Shown: positions 53,517 to 63,411 of the stretch, one piece after another | Layout of the letters: each line of letters opens with the position of its first letter | How positions within the stretch are numbered: the first letter of the stretch is position 1 | Assembly: GCF_041737375.1 (NCBI RefSeq) | Contig: NZ_JBGSRV010000003.1 | Coordinates: 76,522 to 140,521, forward strand | Length of the DNA: 64,000 nt | Direction of reading: 5' to 3' | From: Vampirovibrio sp. | GTDB lineage: Bacteria > Cyanobacteriota > Vampirovibrionia > Vampirovibrionales > Vampirovibrionaceae | The notes under the pieces: model-generated | What the model saw: the letters and a program-made list of their open reading frames with translations, nothing else | Databases searched by the model: none | Told to the model about the DNA's origin: nothing | Translations under genes and position numbers: made by a program

Positions 53517-54890
53517 CTATTTCCGCAAGATTTCGGGGGAATACCAGTTCTGCTCGGATACAGCATCAAAAAACTCACCCACGGATGCGGGAGCGGTTCC
53601 GGAGAGCTCACTGGATGGCTTCTGGAACATTTTTAGAAAACGGCCAACTAGCGGAAGTGTTTGGGCGTATTCGTGTATGGCATTCTTACCAATGGCTGAA
53701 CCCTCATTAAAAATATTGGCCTTTTGCTCTTCGCTGACCATCGCCCACAGTTTATCTAACAGTTCGCTGACATTGCCGGTTTCACGACTCTTGGCCAACG
53801 CAGCTGACAACTTTTGGGGAAATAAGACATTTAAAAAGCCTTTTAATTTTTCAGGCGAAATATTGTTAATGGCATCGCCCAGTATTTTGCCGTAATCCAA
53901 AGGCTCGCCGGACATCGCCTTGCTCAGGATGACCTCCATTTGCTGAGGACTGATGCGGTTGATCACCTCGGCAAGATATTGAGGCGACGTCATTCTTTCC
54001 AGATCCAGACCCATTGCCTTTCCAAGCTCTTTGGCCGCCTGGGTATCTTTTTCGGCAAACGTTTGCCAAATTTCAGCAAAGCCGTTACCGCCCTCTCGGG
54101 CTGCTTCAGCGGCTTTTTCAGCGGCCTTTTGAGAGGCGACCTTGGCTGCTTTAGCTTCATTCTGCAAGGTTTCTGCGGACTTAAACCAGTTTTTAAATCT
54201 TTGCCAACCGCTTTGACTCGTAGAAGAACCTGAGGCATCCACTGGCTGAGTGTAAACCTGATGGGCGTTTTTGGCCCGTTGTAAAATGGGGCCGGGTTTT
54301 TTCCATTCTTTAATGGCACGGGCGGCTTTGGAAGCGCCCTTAGGGCCAATACTTCTGGCCAGCTCCACAAAACCGGGATAAAACATCCACATTAAACCCA
54401 CCACCGTGCCAGCGGTGGCAAAAACACCGGTAACAACAGCGCTGGTAATCAACAAAAACTTTTTAATATTCTTTTTGGTGCTGGCCGGATCTTTAACAGC
54501 GGGTAAAGCGTAAAAGTGATTTTGAACCTGGGGTCTGGGCATTGGAGAAGCAGGACTGGCATTGCCCAAAGCCGGGGAGCCAAAGGGGGCAAAAGCGGCA
54601 TTGGCCGCGGCAGGCAAAACCGGCGAAGGACGGTTCAACAACTGGGCCGGTAAAGGCAAGGCGGGTAAAGGCGTCAAGGGCTGATTCAAGGGCCGGGCCA
54701 AAGACTGATTCAAAGGACGGCTCAAGGGACGGGTCAAGGGCTGAGCAGGTGGCGCACCGTAGGCAGGCATGGCATTGTAAGGGGGCCCATAGGCCTGCTG
54801 TCCAAATGCAGGGGCAGTCGCCGCTTTACGGGACCGAAAGGCGGTGCTGGGCTGATTGTAAAACTGATTGGCGTTGAATGGGTATGCCAT
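53517..54890 (-). CDS. Hypothetical single-pass membrane protein (paralogue C) with a Pro-rich repetitive N-terminus
   Basis: 'RPLSRPLNQSLARPLNQPLTP' repeats, then 'STKKNIKKFLLITSAVVTGVFATAG' (TM), then a ~280-aa helical C-terminal domain. Confidence 0.5.
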   Translation of the reverse strand: MAYPFNANQFYNQPSTAFRSRKAATAPAFGQQAYGPPYNAMPAYGAPPAQPLTRPLSRPLNQSLARPLNQPLTPLPALPLPAQLLNRPSPVLPAAANAAFAPFGSPALGNASPASPMPRPQVQNHFYALPAVKDPASTKKNIKKFLLITSAVVTGVFATAGTVVGLMWMFYPGFVELARSIGPKGASKAARAIKEWKKPGPILQRAKNAHQVYTQPVDASGSSTSQSGWQRFKNWFKSAETLQNEAKAAKVASQKAAEKAAEAAREGGNGFAEIWQTFAEKDTQAAKELGKAMGLDLERMTSPQYLAEVINRISPQQMEVILSKAMSGEPLDYGKILGDAINNISPEKLKGFLNVLFPQKLSAALAKSRETGNVSELLDKLWAMVSEEQKANIFNEGSAIGKNAIHEYAQTLPLVGRFLKMFQKPSSELSGTAPASVGEFFDAVSEQNWYSPEILRK

Positions 54891-55039
54891 ATCCCTAAAG
54901 CCTCTGGTTGGAGAACGGGGTGATGAGGGACTATTCCGGTGAGTTGCCTATATAAAAGAAGAACATCCATTTTTGTGCTACCGCCATCATAGGAAAAATT
55001 GCCTATTTAAAAAAAACGCCCTCCCGGTTTAGATCGAGT

Positions 55040-56287
55040 ATGGAAAATATAATTGCGTTATTTAAAGGAAGATCCTTCCGTATGACCGCCCCGGTGCCTT
55101 TGCCCGAAAAGCATGTCATGCTGCCCGTGGCCCTGTTTTTTATCATTGGCGGATCGCTGGCCTATATTGATAACCAGCTAAAACTGAACACCCTGCTGCT
55201 GGAAAGCGTACATGCCACGGTGGTAACCACCATTTACCTTTTTTGCCTGTACTACGGCAAAAAATATCCCCATATTCGGCACTTTGGCTGGAACAGCATT
55301 TTATGGGGCATGGGCTTACTGATGCTCGGCACCTGGATGGACATTCTGGATGATCCCCCCCAGCTTTGCGCCTTGGGGCAAATCAACATTCCGCTGGGGC
55401 CAAGCTGGCAACATGCTTTTTTGAAAAAAACCTTTGGCTATACCATTGGCATTGGGCTGTTTGCCTACGGATTTTTCCAGTGGATTCCGTGGATGGTGAA
55501 AACCAGAACCGACATTAACAGCCTGAACCAGAGGCTAAGCAGCACCAACAAAAATTTGAATCAGGCCCTGATGAGTCTGGATGAGCATGTGGAATCGGAA
55601 CGGGTCAATATTTCCAGAGAATTACACGATGACGTGGCCCAGCAACTGACCTATGTGAATATCCAGTTGCAACTGCTCCGCAAGGATATGGAATCCGGCG
55701 ATGCGCTTCGCATTCAAAACACGGAGGGCAAGCTCAGCGAAATCAGCGCCAATATTTCAGAAGCCCTGAAAAGCGTCCGCCAAATCAGCGGCGACTTACG
55801 GCCCGAATCGCTCTATTCTCTGGGGTTAATTCCGGCGCTGGAGCATTTTATGGAAAAACTGCAACACCAAACCAGCAGCACCACCCTTGTGTTTGAATTC
55901 CTGCCGCTGCCGGGGTACATCAACGCCACGCGCATTGAAAAATGGGTGAACGATCAACAGTTATTGCACCTGTTCCGGGTCATTCAGGAAGGCACCCGGA
56001 ACGCCCTGAAACACGCCAAGGCCAGCACCATTAAAGTCACCATTGCAGAACAGGAAATCACCGGCACCGGTCAGGCTACCCCGGTTTTGCAGTTGTCCAT
56101 TCGCATTGAGGACAACGGTTGTGGCTTGCCATGGCCGCAGATTCCCCCGGATGAAACATTGATTCAGCAAGGCCACTTGGGTATTGTGGGGTTAAAAGAA
56201 CGGGTCAAAGCCCTCTCTGGCGTATTCCATTTAAGCAACCGTTCCAACGGCCCCGGCGCCATTCTGGAGATTCAAATTCAATCATGA
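55040..56287 (+). CDS. Membrane sensor histidine kinase, NarL/HisKA_3 type
   Basis: N-terminal TM segments, H-box 'ERVNISRELHDDVAQQL' and HATPase_c. Its stop overlaps the response-regulator start (ATGA). Confidence 0.85.
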   Translation: MENIIALFKGRSFRMTAPVPLPEKHVMLPVALFFIIGGSLAYIDNQLKLNTLLLESVHATVVTTIYLFCLYYGKKYPHIRHFGWNSILWGMGLLMLGTWMDILDDPPQLCALGQINIPLGPSWQHAFLKKTFGYTIGIGLFAYGFFQWIPWMVKTRTDINSLNQRLSSTNKNLNQALMSLDEHVESERVNISRELHDDVAQQLTYVNIQLQLLRKDMESGDALRIQNTEGKLSEISANISEALKSVRQISGDLRPESLYSLGLIPALEHFMEKLQHQTSSTTLVFEFLPLPGYINATRIEKWVNDQQLLHLFRVIQEGTRNALKHAKASTIKVTIAEQEITGTGQATPVLQLSIRIEDNGCGLPWPQIPPDETLIQQGHLGIVGLKERVKALSGVFHLSNRSNGPGAILEIQIQS

Positions 56288-56934
56288 ACCATCAACTCGA
56301 CCCTTCCCCCATTCAGGTTTTACTGGTGGATGATCACCCCATTTTGCGGCAAGGCATGCGCCAGTTGCTGGAAACACACGGCGGCTTGCACGTCTGTGGT
56401 GAGGCGGGCGACGGGGAAAACGCGGTGGTTCAGGCATTGGCCCACAAACCCGATATTATTTTAATGGATATCAACCTGCCTAAAATCAGCGGTTACGAAT
56501 CCAGCCGGGCCATTATGACCGCATGGCCAGAGGCCAAAATTATTATCCTGAGCAATCAGGATGATCCGCATGTGATGAAAAAATGCCTGGATCTGCCGGT
56601 GAAGGGGTTTTTATTAAAAGACATCCAGATTGAAGTGCTGGTGGAAGCCATTCGCAAAGTGCGTAGCGGAGAACCGCTGGCCTTGTCAGAAGAGCTGGCT
56701 CAAAAACTGAAGAAAAAAGAGCGCAACGCCAATGGCCATTTACGAGAAGCCTTAACCGAGCGGGAACGGGAAGTCTTGCAGGCATTAAGCAAAGGCTACA
56801 CCAATCAAAAACTGGCCGATTTATTGGTGGTTAGCCCCAAAACGGTGCAAAATCATTTGTACAGCATCTATCATAAAATTGGGGTCAGCAGCCGGTCTGA
56901 AGCCATTTTGTGGGCCATTGAAGCCCAATTATAA
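56284..56934 (+). CDS. NarL/LuxR-family response regulator
   Basis: REC domain (VLLVDDHP...D...K) and LuxR HTH (LTEREREVLQALSKGYTNQKLADLLVVSPKTVQNHL). Confidence 0.9.
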   Translation: MNHQLDPSPIQVLLVDDHPILRQGMRQLLETHGGLHVCGEAGDGENAVVQALAHKPDIILMDINLPKISGYESSRAIMTAWPEAKIIILSNQDDPHVMKKCLDLPVKGFLLKDIQIEVLVEAIRKVRSGEPLALSEELAQKLKKKERNANGHLREALTEREREVLQALSKGYTNQKLADLLVVSPKTVQNHLYSIYHKIGVSSRSEAILWAIEAQL

Positions 56935-57077
56935 ACAGGCTTTTCAAACCGCTTTTTATCAAAAAGAAAAACCGACCGCCCGATTCAGTGGGCAGCCGGT
57001 GGTATTCATTTTCCCTCTCCGTTCAGATCTTTTTCGTTCAGATTTTTTGGATTTTGAAGTGTGGTAAAAACAAGGGC

Positions 57078-58244
57078 TTAAGCGGTGGCATCCAGACGCT
57101 GACCGTTGCCTCCCGTGGTTTTCAAGTGGTCTTTCACCTTTGCAAACTGCTTTTTTAAGCCTTCATCCAGCTGGTTCCAGCCCACGGATTCCAGGTTGGG
57201 TGGCGGGTTTTGGCGCAAGGCGGCCATGACCTTGGGGTGCGATCCCACTAAAACAGGATAGTTCGGAACCCCTTCCAAAGTGTGGCTGCTCAACAAGGCG
57301 ATATCATTGGTGTTATCGCCAGCGGAAATAACCGCTTGCGGCTTTTGCTCAAAGCGGGTGGCCAGCAAGTGCCGCACCAGAGAAGCTTTATTGGTATTTT
57401 CCGGCCCCAGGTGAATATGGCAGCCTTCCGAGGATTGGCTGTTATAAAACATCACGGTAGGCCATTGCGGCTTTAAGCGGGCTTGCAAGTGATCAATCAG
57501 AAATTCAGAATAGTTGGCAATGTCTGGCTCGGTGACATCCGGCTGGGTGGAGGCCACTTCAAAATAGGTTTGATCCGGGCAAATGCGAATCACCCAGTCC
57601 CCGGATTTGGGATGCTTGGGAGACATGGGCTTTTGAAAGGCAAAGTATTCTCCATTCGGGTTAAACCGATTTTTTTCACCCGGTTTGGCCGCCAGTTGAA
57701 AGCCCAAATCCGTTTGCAAGGTGTCTCGAATATCTTGCAACACCTGAGTGGCAGACCACCCACCCAGCACCGCTTTCCAGTGCGGATCCTGATCCGATCG
57801 ACTGAGTGACTGAAGCCAGGATTGACTGTCGTTTTTTGGGTGGGCGTTTTTGTCTAGCGAGGCGGAACGCAAATACAGTTGCTGGCCATCATTCAGGCCC
57901 AAGGCATCAATGGGCAAATCCCGCAAAATAGGGGCCAGGCGTTTCACCGCCGATAAACTGCGCCCGGTGTTCAAAATCACAAAACTCTGATTTCTAAAAT
58001 CCGGACTTCCCAGTGTTTTGCGGTAACGGGTTAAAGCAACCTCATCATACTCAGGCTCTTTCAACCAGGGAATTAAAGTGCTATCAATATCCAGAGAAGT
58101 AAGAACCGGCTTTTGCGCTAAAAATTTCTGAGCCGATCCAGAAATTTTTAAAGTTGGGGGGCTGAACCGACGAGGGGCTACGCTTTGAGGGGACGGGGTT
58201 TTTGCGGAAACCGGCGCGCCCCAAAAACTGGAAAATCCAAGCAT
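57078..58244 (-). CDS. HAD-IIB family hydrolase (sucrose-phosphatase / MPGP-like)
   Basis: Motif I 'DIDSTL', motif II 'ILNTGRS', motif IV 'GDNTNDIALL'. It has an unusually long N-terminal leader. Confidence 0.7.
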   Translation of the reverse strand: MLGFSSFWGAPVSAKTPSPQSVAPRRFSPPTLKISGSAQKFLAQKPVLTSLDIDSTLIPWLKEPEYDEVALTRYRKTLGSPDFRNQSFVILNTGRSLSAVKRLAPILRDLPIDALGLNDGQQLYLRSASLDKNAHPKNDSQSWLQSLSRSDQDPHWKAVLGGWSATQVLQDIRDTLQTDLGFQLAAKPGEKNRFNPNGEYFAFQKPMSPKHPKSGDWVIRICPDQTYFEVASTQPDVTEPDIANYSEFLIDHLQARLKPQWPTVMFYNSQSSEGCHIHLGPENTNKASLVRHLLATRFEQKPQAVISAGDNTNDIALLSSHTLEGVPNYPVLVGSHPKVMAALRQNPPPNLESVGWNQLDEGLKKQFAKVKDHLKTTGGNGQRLDATA

Positions 58245-58441
58245 TGCAATGGCTCCTTCATATGGACATTGTTTGGTTTAAAAAGTACTCACAACAGGCC
58301 AAACATTTATTATTTTTTTCGGCCTTTAAAAACCCACTTTGAATTGATGCGCTCACTATACAACGCTGAATGTGAAAACCGGATGACAAACCCGGACTTT
58401 GTTTCAAGTTCCGCAACATAGACAGCATCCGACCTCTATGC

Positions 58442-58476
58442 AAAACGCCGACTCTGTTTCCAGAACCGGCGTTTTT
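58442..58476. terminator. Hairpin plus T-run downstream of htpG (bidirectional-looking terminator)
   Basis: acgccg / cggcgt stem flanked by A-run and T-run. Confidence 0.4.
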
Positions 58477-58508
58477 AAGGGTTTAAAATAATCGCTTACA
58501 AAAACGAA

Positions 58509-60461
58509 TTAAATGGCTTTTACCAATAAATCCGTCATCAACTTGCTGAACTTGGCGGGTTCCGGCAACGGACTGCCTTCGGCCAGCAACGCTTGCCCGT
58601 ATAGCAAATAGCTATAATCGGCCAGCGCCGGTTCCTGCTGATTGGCCGCAAACAAGGCCTGCAATTTCTGGTTGAGGGGATGGTTGGGGTTGATTTCCAA
58701 AATCCGCTTGCTCTCCGGTACCGGCTGATTCATGGACTTCAGCAATTGCTCCATCTGCGGGGATAAATCCGAGGGGTTGCCCACCAGACAGGAAGGCGAT
58801 TCGGTCAAGCGGCTGGAGAGGCGAACCTCTTTTACATACTCGCTCAACTGGCCTTTCATGGCTCCCAGCAAATCGCCGTAAGTTTTGCCTTTTTCTTCCA
58901 GCGCTTGCTCGGCCTGTTTTTTCTCTTCCTCGGTGCCAAGTTCCACGGTGCCTTTGCCTACGGATTGCAAATCAAATTCACCAAATTTATAAACGGACTG
59001 GGTCCATACCTCATCCACCGGATCGGTGAGTAGCAAAACCTCGTAACCCTTATCCCGGAAGGCTTCCAGGTGCGGGGAGTTCTCAATGGTTTTGCGATCC
59101 TCGCCACTGGCGAAATAAATTTTATCCTGTCCCGGCTTCATGCGAGAGACATAATCCTTCAGGGTGGTCAGCTCGGTAGGCGAATGGGTAGAACTCAGTT
59201 GCAACAAGCCCAGCAAGGCTTCCTGATTTTCGCGATCCTCGTACAAGCCTTCCTTCAAAACCCGGCCAAACTCACCCCAAAATTGCAGGTATTGGGCCGA
59301 ATTGGCAGTGGCCATGTTTTCCAGGGTGCCCAGCACCTTTTTAACCAAGCGGTTGCGGATGGCCCGAATCTGGCGGTTTTGCTGCAAAATTTCACGGGAA
59401 ATATTAAGGCTGAGATCTTCAGAATCCACCACGCCTTTAATAAAGCGCAGGTAATCGGGCATCAGCTCTTTGCAGTCATCCATAATGAAGACCCGCTTGA
59501 CGTAAAGCTGAACGCCTCGTTTGCCTTCCCGGTAATACAAGTCCTGTGGCGCTTTTTCTGGAATGTACAGCAGCGCTCTGGCCTCAAAGGTGCCTTCCAT
59601 CTTCATGCGGAACCAGCTCATCGGCTCATGCCAATCGTGAGAAATATGCTTGTAAAACTCTTTGTACTCGTCTTCGCTCACTTCATTTTCGGGGCGAATC
59701 CAGATGGCTTTCATGGAGTTCAGGGTTTCCCGCTTTACGCTGGTTTTGGCGGAACCCTCAACCACTTTGCCCGCCTCATCCCGATCGTAATCGGTATGGG
59801 TGACATCCATTTGAATGGGGTAGTTCACGAAATCGGAATACTTTTTAACAATGGATTTGATGGACCATTCGCTGGTGTAGTCGTGTAAGCCGTCTTCGCT
59901 GTCTTCCTGCTTGAGGTGCAAGGTAATGGAAGTACCGTGGCTAGCCCGTTCTACCGGCTCAATGGTGTAGGTGCCATCTCCGGCGGATTGCCAGCGGGTG
60001 CCATGTTCCTCGCCCGCCTTGCGGGTTTCCAGAGTCACTTGATCGGCCACCATAAAGGTGGAATAAAAACCCACCCCAAATTGCCCAATCAGCTCTGGAG
60101 AGACTTCCCCGTGCTGCTGCTTGCGCTCTTTTAAAGCGCCCATAAACTCACGGGTGCCGGATTTGGCGATGGTGCCAATCAGGTTAACCACATCCTCACG
60201 GGACATGCCGATGCCGTTGTCTTCAATGGTCAGGGTTTGGGTTTGCGGGTTGGGAATTAATAAAATGCAAGGCTCATCCACCTTGGGTAAATCCGGGTTG
60301 GTCAGCGCTTCAAACTTCAGCTTGTCAATGGCGTCTGAGGCGTTGGAAATCAGCTCCCGCAAGAAAATATCCTTGTTGGAGTAGATGGCGTGGATCATGA
60401 GATCCAGCAATTCCTTGGTTTCCGTCTGGAATGAATGACGTTCAATGGTGGGGGTGGTCAT
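58509..60461 (-). CDS. htpG: Molecular chaperone HtpG (Hsp90)
   Basis: N-terminal 'ETKELLDLMIHAIYSNKDIFLRELISNASDAIDK' signature. AAAGGAG RBS before ATG 60461. Confidence 0.95.
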   Translation of the reverse strand: MTTPTIERHSFQTETKELLDLMIHAIYSNKDIFLRELISNASDAIDKLKFEALTNPDLPKVDEPCILLIPNPQTQTLTIEDNGIGMSREDVVNLIGTIAKSGTREFMGALKERKQQHGEVSPELIGQFGVGFYSTFMVADQVTLETRKAGEEHGTRWQSAGDGTYTIEPVERASHGTSITLHLKQEDSEDGLHDYTSEWSIKSIVKKYSDFVNYPIQMDVTHTDYDRDEAGKVVEGSAKTSVKRETLNSMKAIWIRPENEVSEDEYKEFYKHISHDWHEPMSWFRMKMEGTFEARALLYIPEKAPQDLYYREGKRGVQLYVKRVFIMDDCKELMPDYLRFIKGVVDSEDLSLNISREILQQNRQIRAIRNRLVKKVLGTLENMATANSAQYLQFWGEFGRVLKEGLYEDRENQEALLGLLQLSSTHSPTELTTLKDYVSRMKPGQDKIYFASGEDRKTIENSPHLEAFRDKGYEVLLLTDPVDEVWTQSVYKFGEFDLQSVGKGTVELGTEEEKKQAEQALEEKGKTYGDLLGAMKGQLSEYVKEVRLSSRLTESPSCLVGNPSDLSPQMEQLLKSMNQPVPESKRILEINPNHPLNQKLQALFAANQQEPALADYSYLLYGQALLAEGSPLPEPAKFSKLMTDLLVKAI

Positions 60462-60563
60462 GGGGGACACAGGCTCCTTTTTTACAAACCGCTTTTGTGG
60501 CAATTAAATCTGCCCCCATTATAGGCTGAGTTTTGGCCAACCCGGCCCACACTTAAGCCTTTT

Positions 60564-61865
60564 TTAAGAATTGCCCGCCTCAAAAACATCGCTTTCCAGC
60601 TGGCCCTTCAAAAGCTGAATGAGATAACTGAGGGCGTATTGGGTAACCCCATGCTTAATGTCTTGTCGGCTATAGCGGCTGTTGACCAACACTTTTTTAA
60701 CCCACACCGACTGATTCCGGGCCAACCCGATATAGGCCAGTCCCACGGGCTTTTCCTCGCTGCCGCCATCCGGCCCCGCAATGCCGGTAATGGATACCCC
60801 CAAATGGCTACCGCTGAACTTCAGAATACCCTGGGCCATTTCCGCCGCCACCTGGGGACTGACCGCCCCGTGCCGCTCCAGTGTGTCTTCAGACACTCCC
60901 AGCAAGCGGGTTTTCTCGGCATTGGCATAAGTGACCACGTTCAGGCGGGTATAGGCGCTGCTGCCCGCAATATCCGTGAGGCGGCTGCTCAGCAGGCCCC
61001 CGGTGCAGGATTCCCCCACCGACACAGAAAGCTGGCTGGCCTTCAGCAATTGCCCCGCCAAGGCTTCCAGAGTGGCCTCATCGTCGCCAAAATAATAATC
61101 GCCGCAGCGCTTTAAAATTTCCGCCTTGACCGGGGCCATTAAAGCCTCGGCGGCATCCACGCTGTCCGCCTTGGCGGCAATTCTAATTTTCACTTCCGCA
61201 CGACCCACATAAGGGGCCACGGTGGGGTTGGCGCTGCTCATCAGGTCGGCAAGCGCTTCCCCTAAACTGGATTCTCCAATGCCGAAAAACCGCAAATAGC
61301 GCACTTGCAACACCGGGGCCTGTTCTCCCAAATGGCGTTGTTTGGCCCGAATCCAGGAGGCCCCTTGCGGCCACATGCCCACCAGCTCTTTGGGCACACC
61401 GGGAAAGGTGAGTAGCAAAGTGGGTCGCCCGGTTTTGTCAGAAACATCCCAGGCCACTCCCGGCGCGGTGCCTACCGGGTTTTTGATGGTTTCCGCCCCT
61501 TGCGGCTTTTTGGCCTGCTTTAAATTACTGTCCGACAGGGGCAAGCCCCGCCCCATAAACCACTGGCGAAGGGCCTGTTCCGATTCAGGATCGGTGATTA
61601 ACGGGGTTTGAAAAAAATGGGCAAGAGTGGCCATGGTCAAATCATCTTCGGTGGGCCCCAGTCCGCCGGTAAAAATCAGCAAATCCGAGCGTTCAATGGC
61701 CTGCTGAATCACCCCCTGAATGCGGGCCGGATTATCGCCCACCGTGACATGATAATGCACATCCACACCCAAGGCGGCCAGTTCCCGAGAAATCCAGGCC
61801 GCGTTGGAGTTAATCACATCTCCAATTAAAAGCTCACTGCCAATGGCAATTATTTCAGCCTTCAT
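60564..61865 (-). CDS. cinA: CinA-family protein (competence/damage-inducible; MoCF-binding domain plus PncC-type NMN deamidase domain)
   Basis: 'IIAIGSELLIGDVINSNAAWI' N-terminus and full two-domain length. Confidence 0.9.
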   Translation of the reverse strand: MKAEIIAIGSELLIGDVINSNAAWISRELAALGVDVHYHVTVGDNPARIQGVIQQAIERSDLLIFTGGLGPTEDDLTMATLAHFFQTPLITDPESEQALRQWFMGRGLPLSDSNLKQAKKPQGAETIKNPVGTAPGVAWDVSDKTGRPTLLLTFPGVPKELVGMWPQGASWIRAKQRHLGEQAPVLQVRYLRFFGIGESSLGEALADLMSSANPTVAPYVGRAEVKIRIAAKADSVDAAEALMAPVKAEILKRCGDYYFGDDEATLEALAGQLLKASQLSVSVGESCTGGLLSSRLTDIAGSSAYTRLNVVTYANAEKTRLLGVSEDTLERHGAVSPQVAAEMAQGILKFSGSHLGVSITGIAGPDGGSEEKPVGLAYIGLARNQSVWVKKVLVNSRYSRQDIKHGVTQYALSYLIQLLKGQLESDVFEAGNS

Positions 61866-62144
61866 GCCCAGATCCTCTTTCCATAATTATTGATGCCGAT
61901 TTTTGTAAGCGCCTTGGTGCATGCGTACTCGTCTATGCGTACTCGATGATTCGCCTGAGCGCCCCGTAGCGAACCCGGCAAAATGTGGTACTTGCTTTCC
62001 AGTGTAGCCAAAGGACCACCCAAAGCGCAAACGCCGAAAAACCGAAACCCCTGTAAGGGTTCCGGCCAAGGCATTCAGTCAATTTTTAATTCAGAGATAA
62101 TTCAGAGAGGGGAAAATTCCCAGCCATTCAATATGCAGCGGGCG

Positions 62145-62456
62145 CTACAGGCGTTGGGCGTTCACCACTTTGCGGTTCTCACTGGCATCATTCAACCAGG
62201 CCAGCAGATAGGCCATTAAGCCCGCTCGTACCAAGCCTTCGGCCTGACGCAAACCAAAGCGGACCAGACCGCCGCCCATACCACTGACTAGCAGGCCTGC
62301 CCCCATGGCAATGCCCATGCTTTGCAACGGGTAATCCCGCACCATTTTTTGCCAGTCTTTATAAAAATCAATGCGATCCTCAATGCGATGGGCAATATCA
62401 GTAATTTCCTGCTCTTTTTGATCGCGTTTTGAGCGTAATTCCGCCGTTGTGGTCAT
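62145..62456 (-). CDS. YqjK-like small membrane protein
   Basis: 103-aa protein with strong AAAGGAG RBS and a C-terminal TM. It is the third gene of a yqjD/yqjE/yqjK-like trio. Confidence 0.5.
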   Translation of the reverse strand: MTTTAELRSKRDQKEQEITDIAHRIEDRIDFYKDWQKMVRDYPLQSMGIAMGAGLLVSGMGGGLVRFGLRQAEGLVRAGLMAYLLAWLNDASENRKVVNAQRL

Positions 62457-62502
62457 AAAAATCTCCTTTATAAAAAAACCATAGCGCCTTTGTGTGCGGC
62501 GC

Positions 62503-62868
62503 TTAATCGATATCAAGCCGCTCCGTTTTTTTGCGAATTTCCACCATCATGGCACCCGCCAACAAAGCGGCCAGCAGCAGGTAAACGCCACTGGTAATCA
62601 TGGCGGCCCAGGCCAATTCCAGCCAGCGAGCCAATAACAGGGTCAGGCTCACCCCAAAGAACAGCACAAAGGTAAAACCAATCACAGCGGCAGCCAGCCC
62701 CAGGCCCAGCGCCACCAGAAATTTCTGTCCTTCCAGCTTGATTTCGGCTTTGGTCAAGGCAATTTGGGTGGCAATCAGTTCGCCCACTTTGGCGATTAAT
62801 TCGCGCAGCAATTGACTGAAACTCGATTTTTCAGATCGATCCGGTAAAAACGAAAGGCTCATGTTCAA
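62503..62868 (-). CDS. DUF1469 / 'phage holin family' (YqjE-like) membrane protein
   Basis: 121-aa protein with two TM helices. AAGGAG RBS. Confidence 0.6.
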   Translation of the reverse strand: MNMSLSFLPDRSEKSSFSQLLRELIAKVGELIATQIALTKAEIKLEGQKFLVALGLGLAAAVIGFTFVLFFGVSLTLLLARWLELAWAAMITSGVYLLLAALLAGAMMVEIRKKTERLDID

Positions 62869-62997
62869 TCAACTCCTTTTTCTCTCAGCGCATCACAGTG
62901 TGCAAAATATGGAAATGGCTAAAACCGTTTGAATACGCCGAACGCAGGGCTTACCTGACAGGCCAGTCGTTAGAGCGAGCGCACAAGGCGCACGCTC

Positions 62998-63411
62998 TTA
63001 ACGGATTTGGGAATGACGTCCGCCGGAAAACAAACGACCCAGCAACAGGCCCGCCACCAAGCCTACCAAAATACTTTTGCCGGGATACTTGCGAATCATG
63101 GACTGGGACGAACGCAATAAATCATCCGACATGCCTTTGGCATCTTTGGTTTCTACATAGCTGGCCAAATGCTCAATGCGCTGAGAGGTGTTTCTTAATT
63201 GAGTGGACGTTCTACCTCTGGCGCTGTCAATTTTCTGGCCCAATTGGGTGCCCAGCTGACTGGCCTGATCCCGCAACTTGCCTTTCAGTTCAGAAGTTTG
63301 CTCAGTTACTTTTTCTTTTACGCCGGTCAAACCGCCTTTCAGGTTGCTGGCCGGTTCATTGGTGTAGCTATTGCCGTTGGCGTACTCTGAAGTGTAATCT
63401 TGCTCGTCCAT
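62998..63411 (-). CDS. DUF883 (YqjD/ElaB-like) ribosome-associated membrane-anchored protein
   Basis: Helical, charged N-terminal domain and the C-terminal 'GKSILVGLVAGLLLGRL' anchor. AAAGGAG RBS before ATG 63411. Confidence 0.65.
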   Translation of the reverse strand: MDEQDYTSEYANGNSYTNEPASNLKGGLTGVKEKVTEQTSELKGKLRDQASQLGTQLGQKIDSARGRTSTQLRNTSQRIEHLASYVETKDAKGMSDDLLRSSQSMIRKYPGKSILVGLVAGLLLGRLFSGGRHSQIR

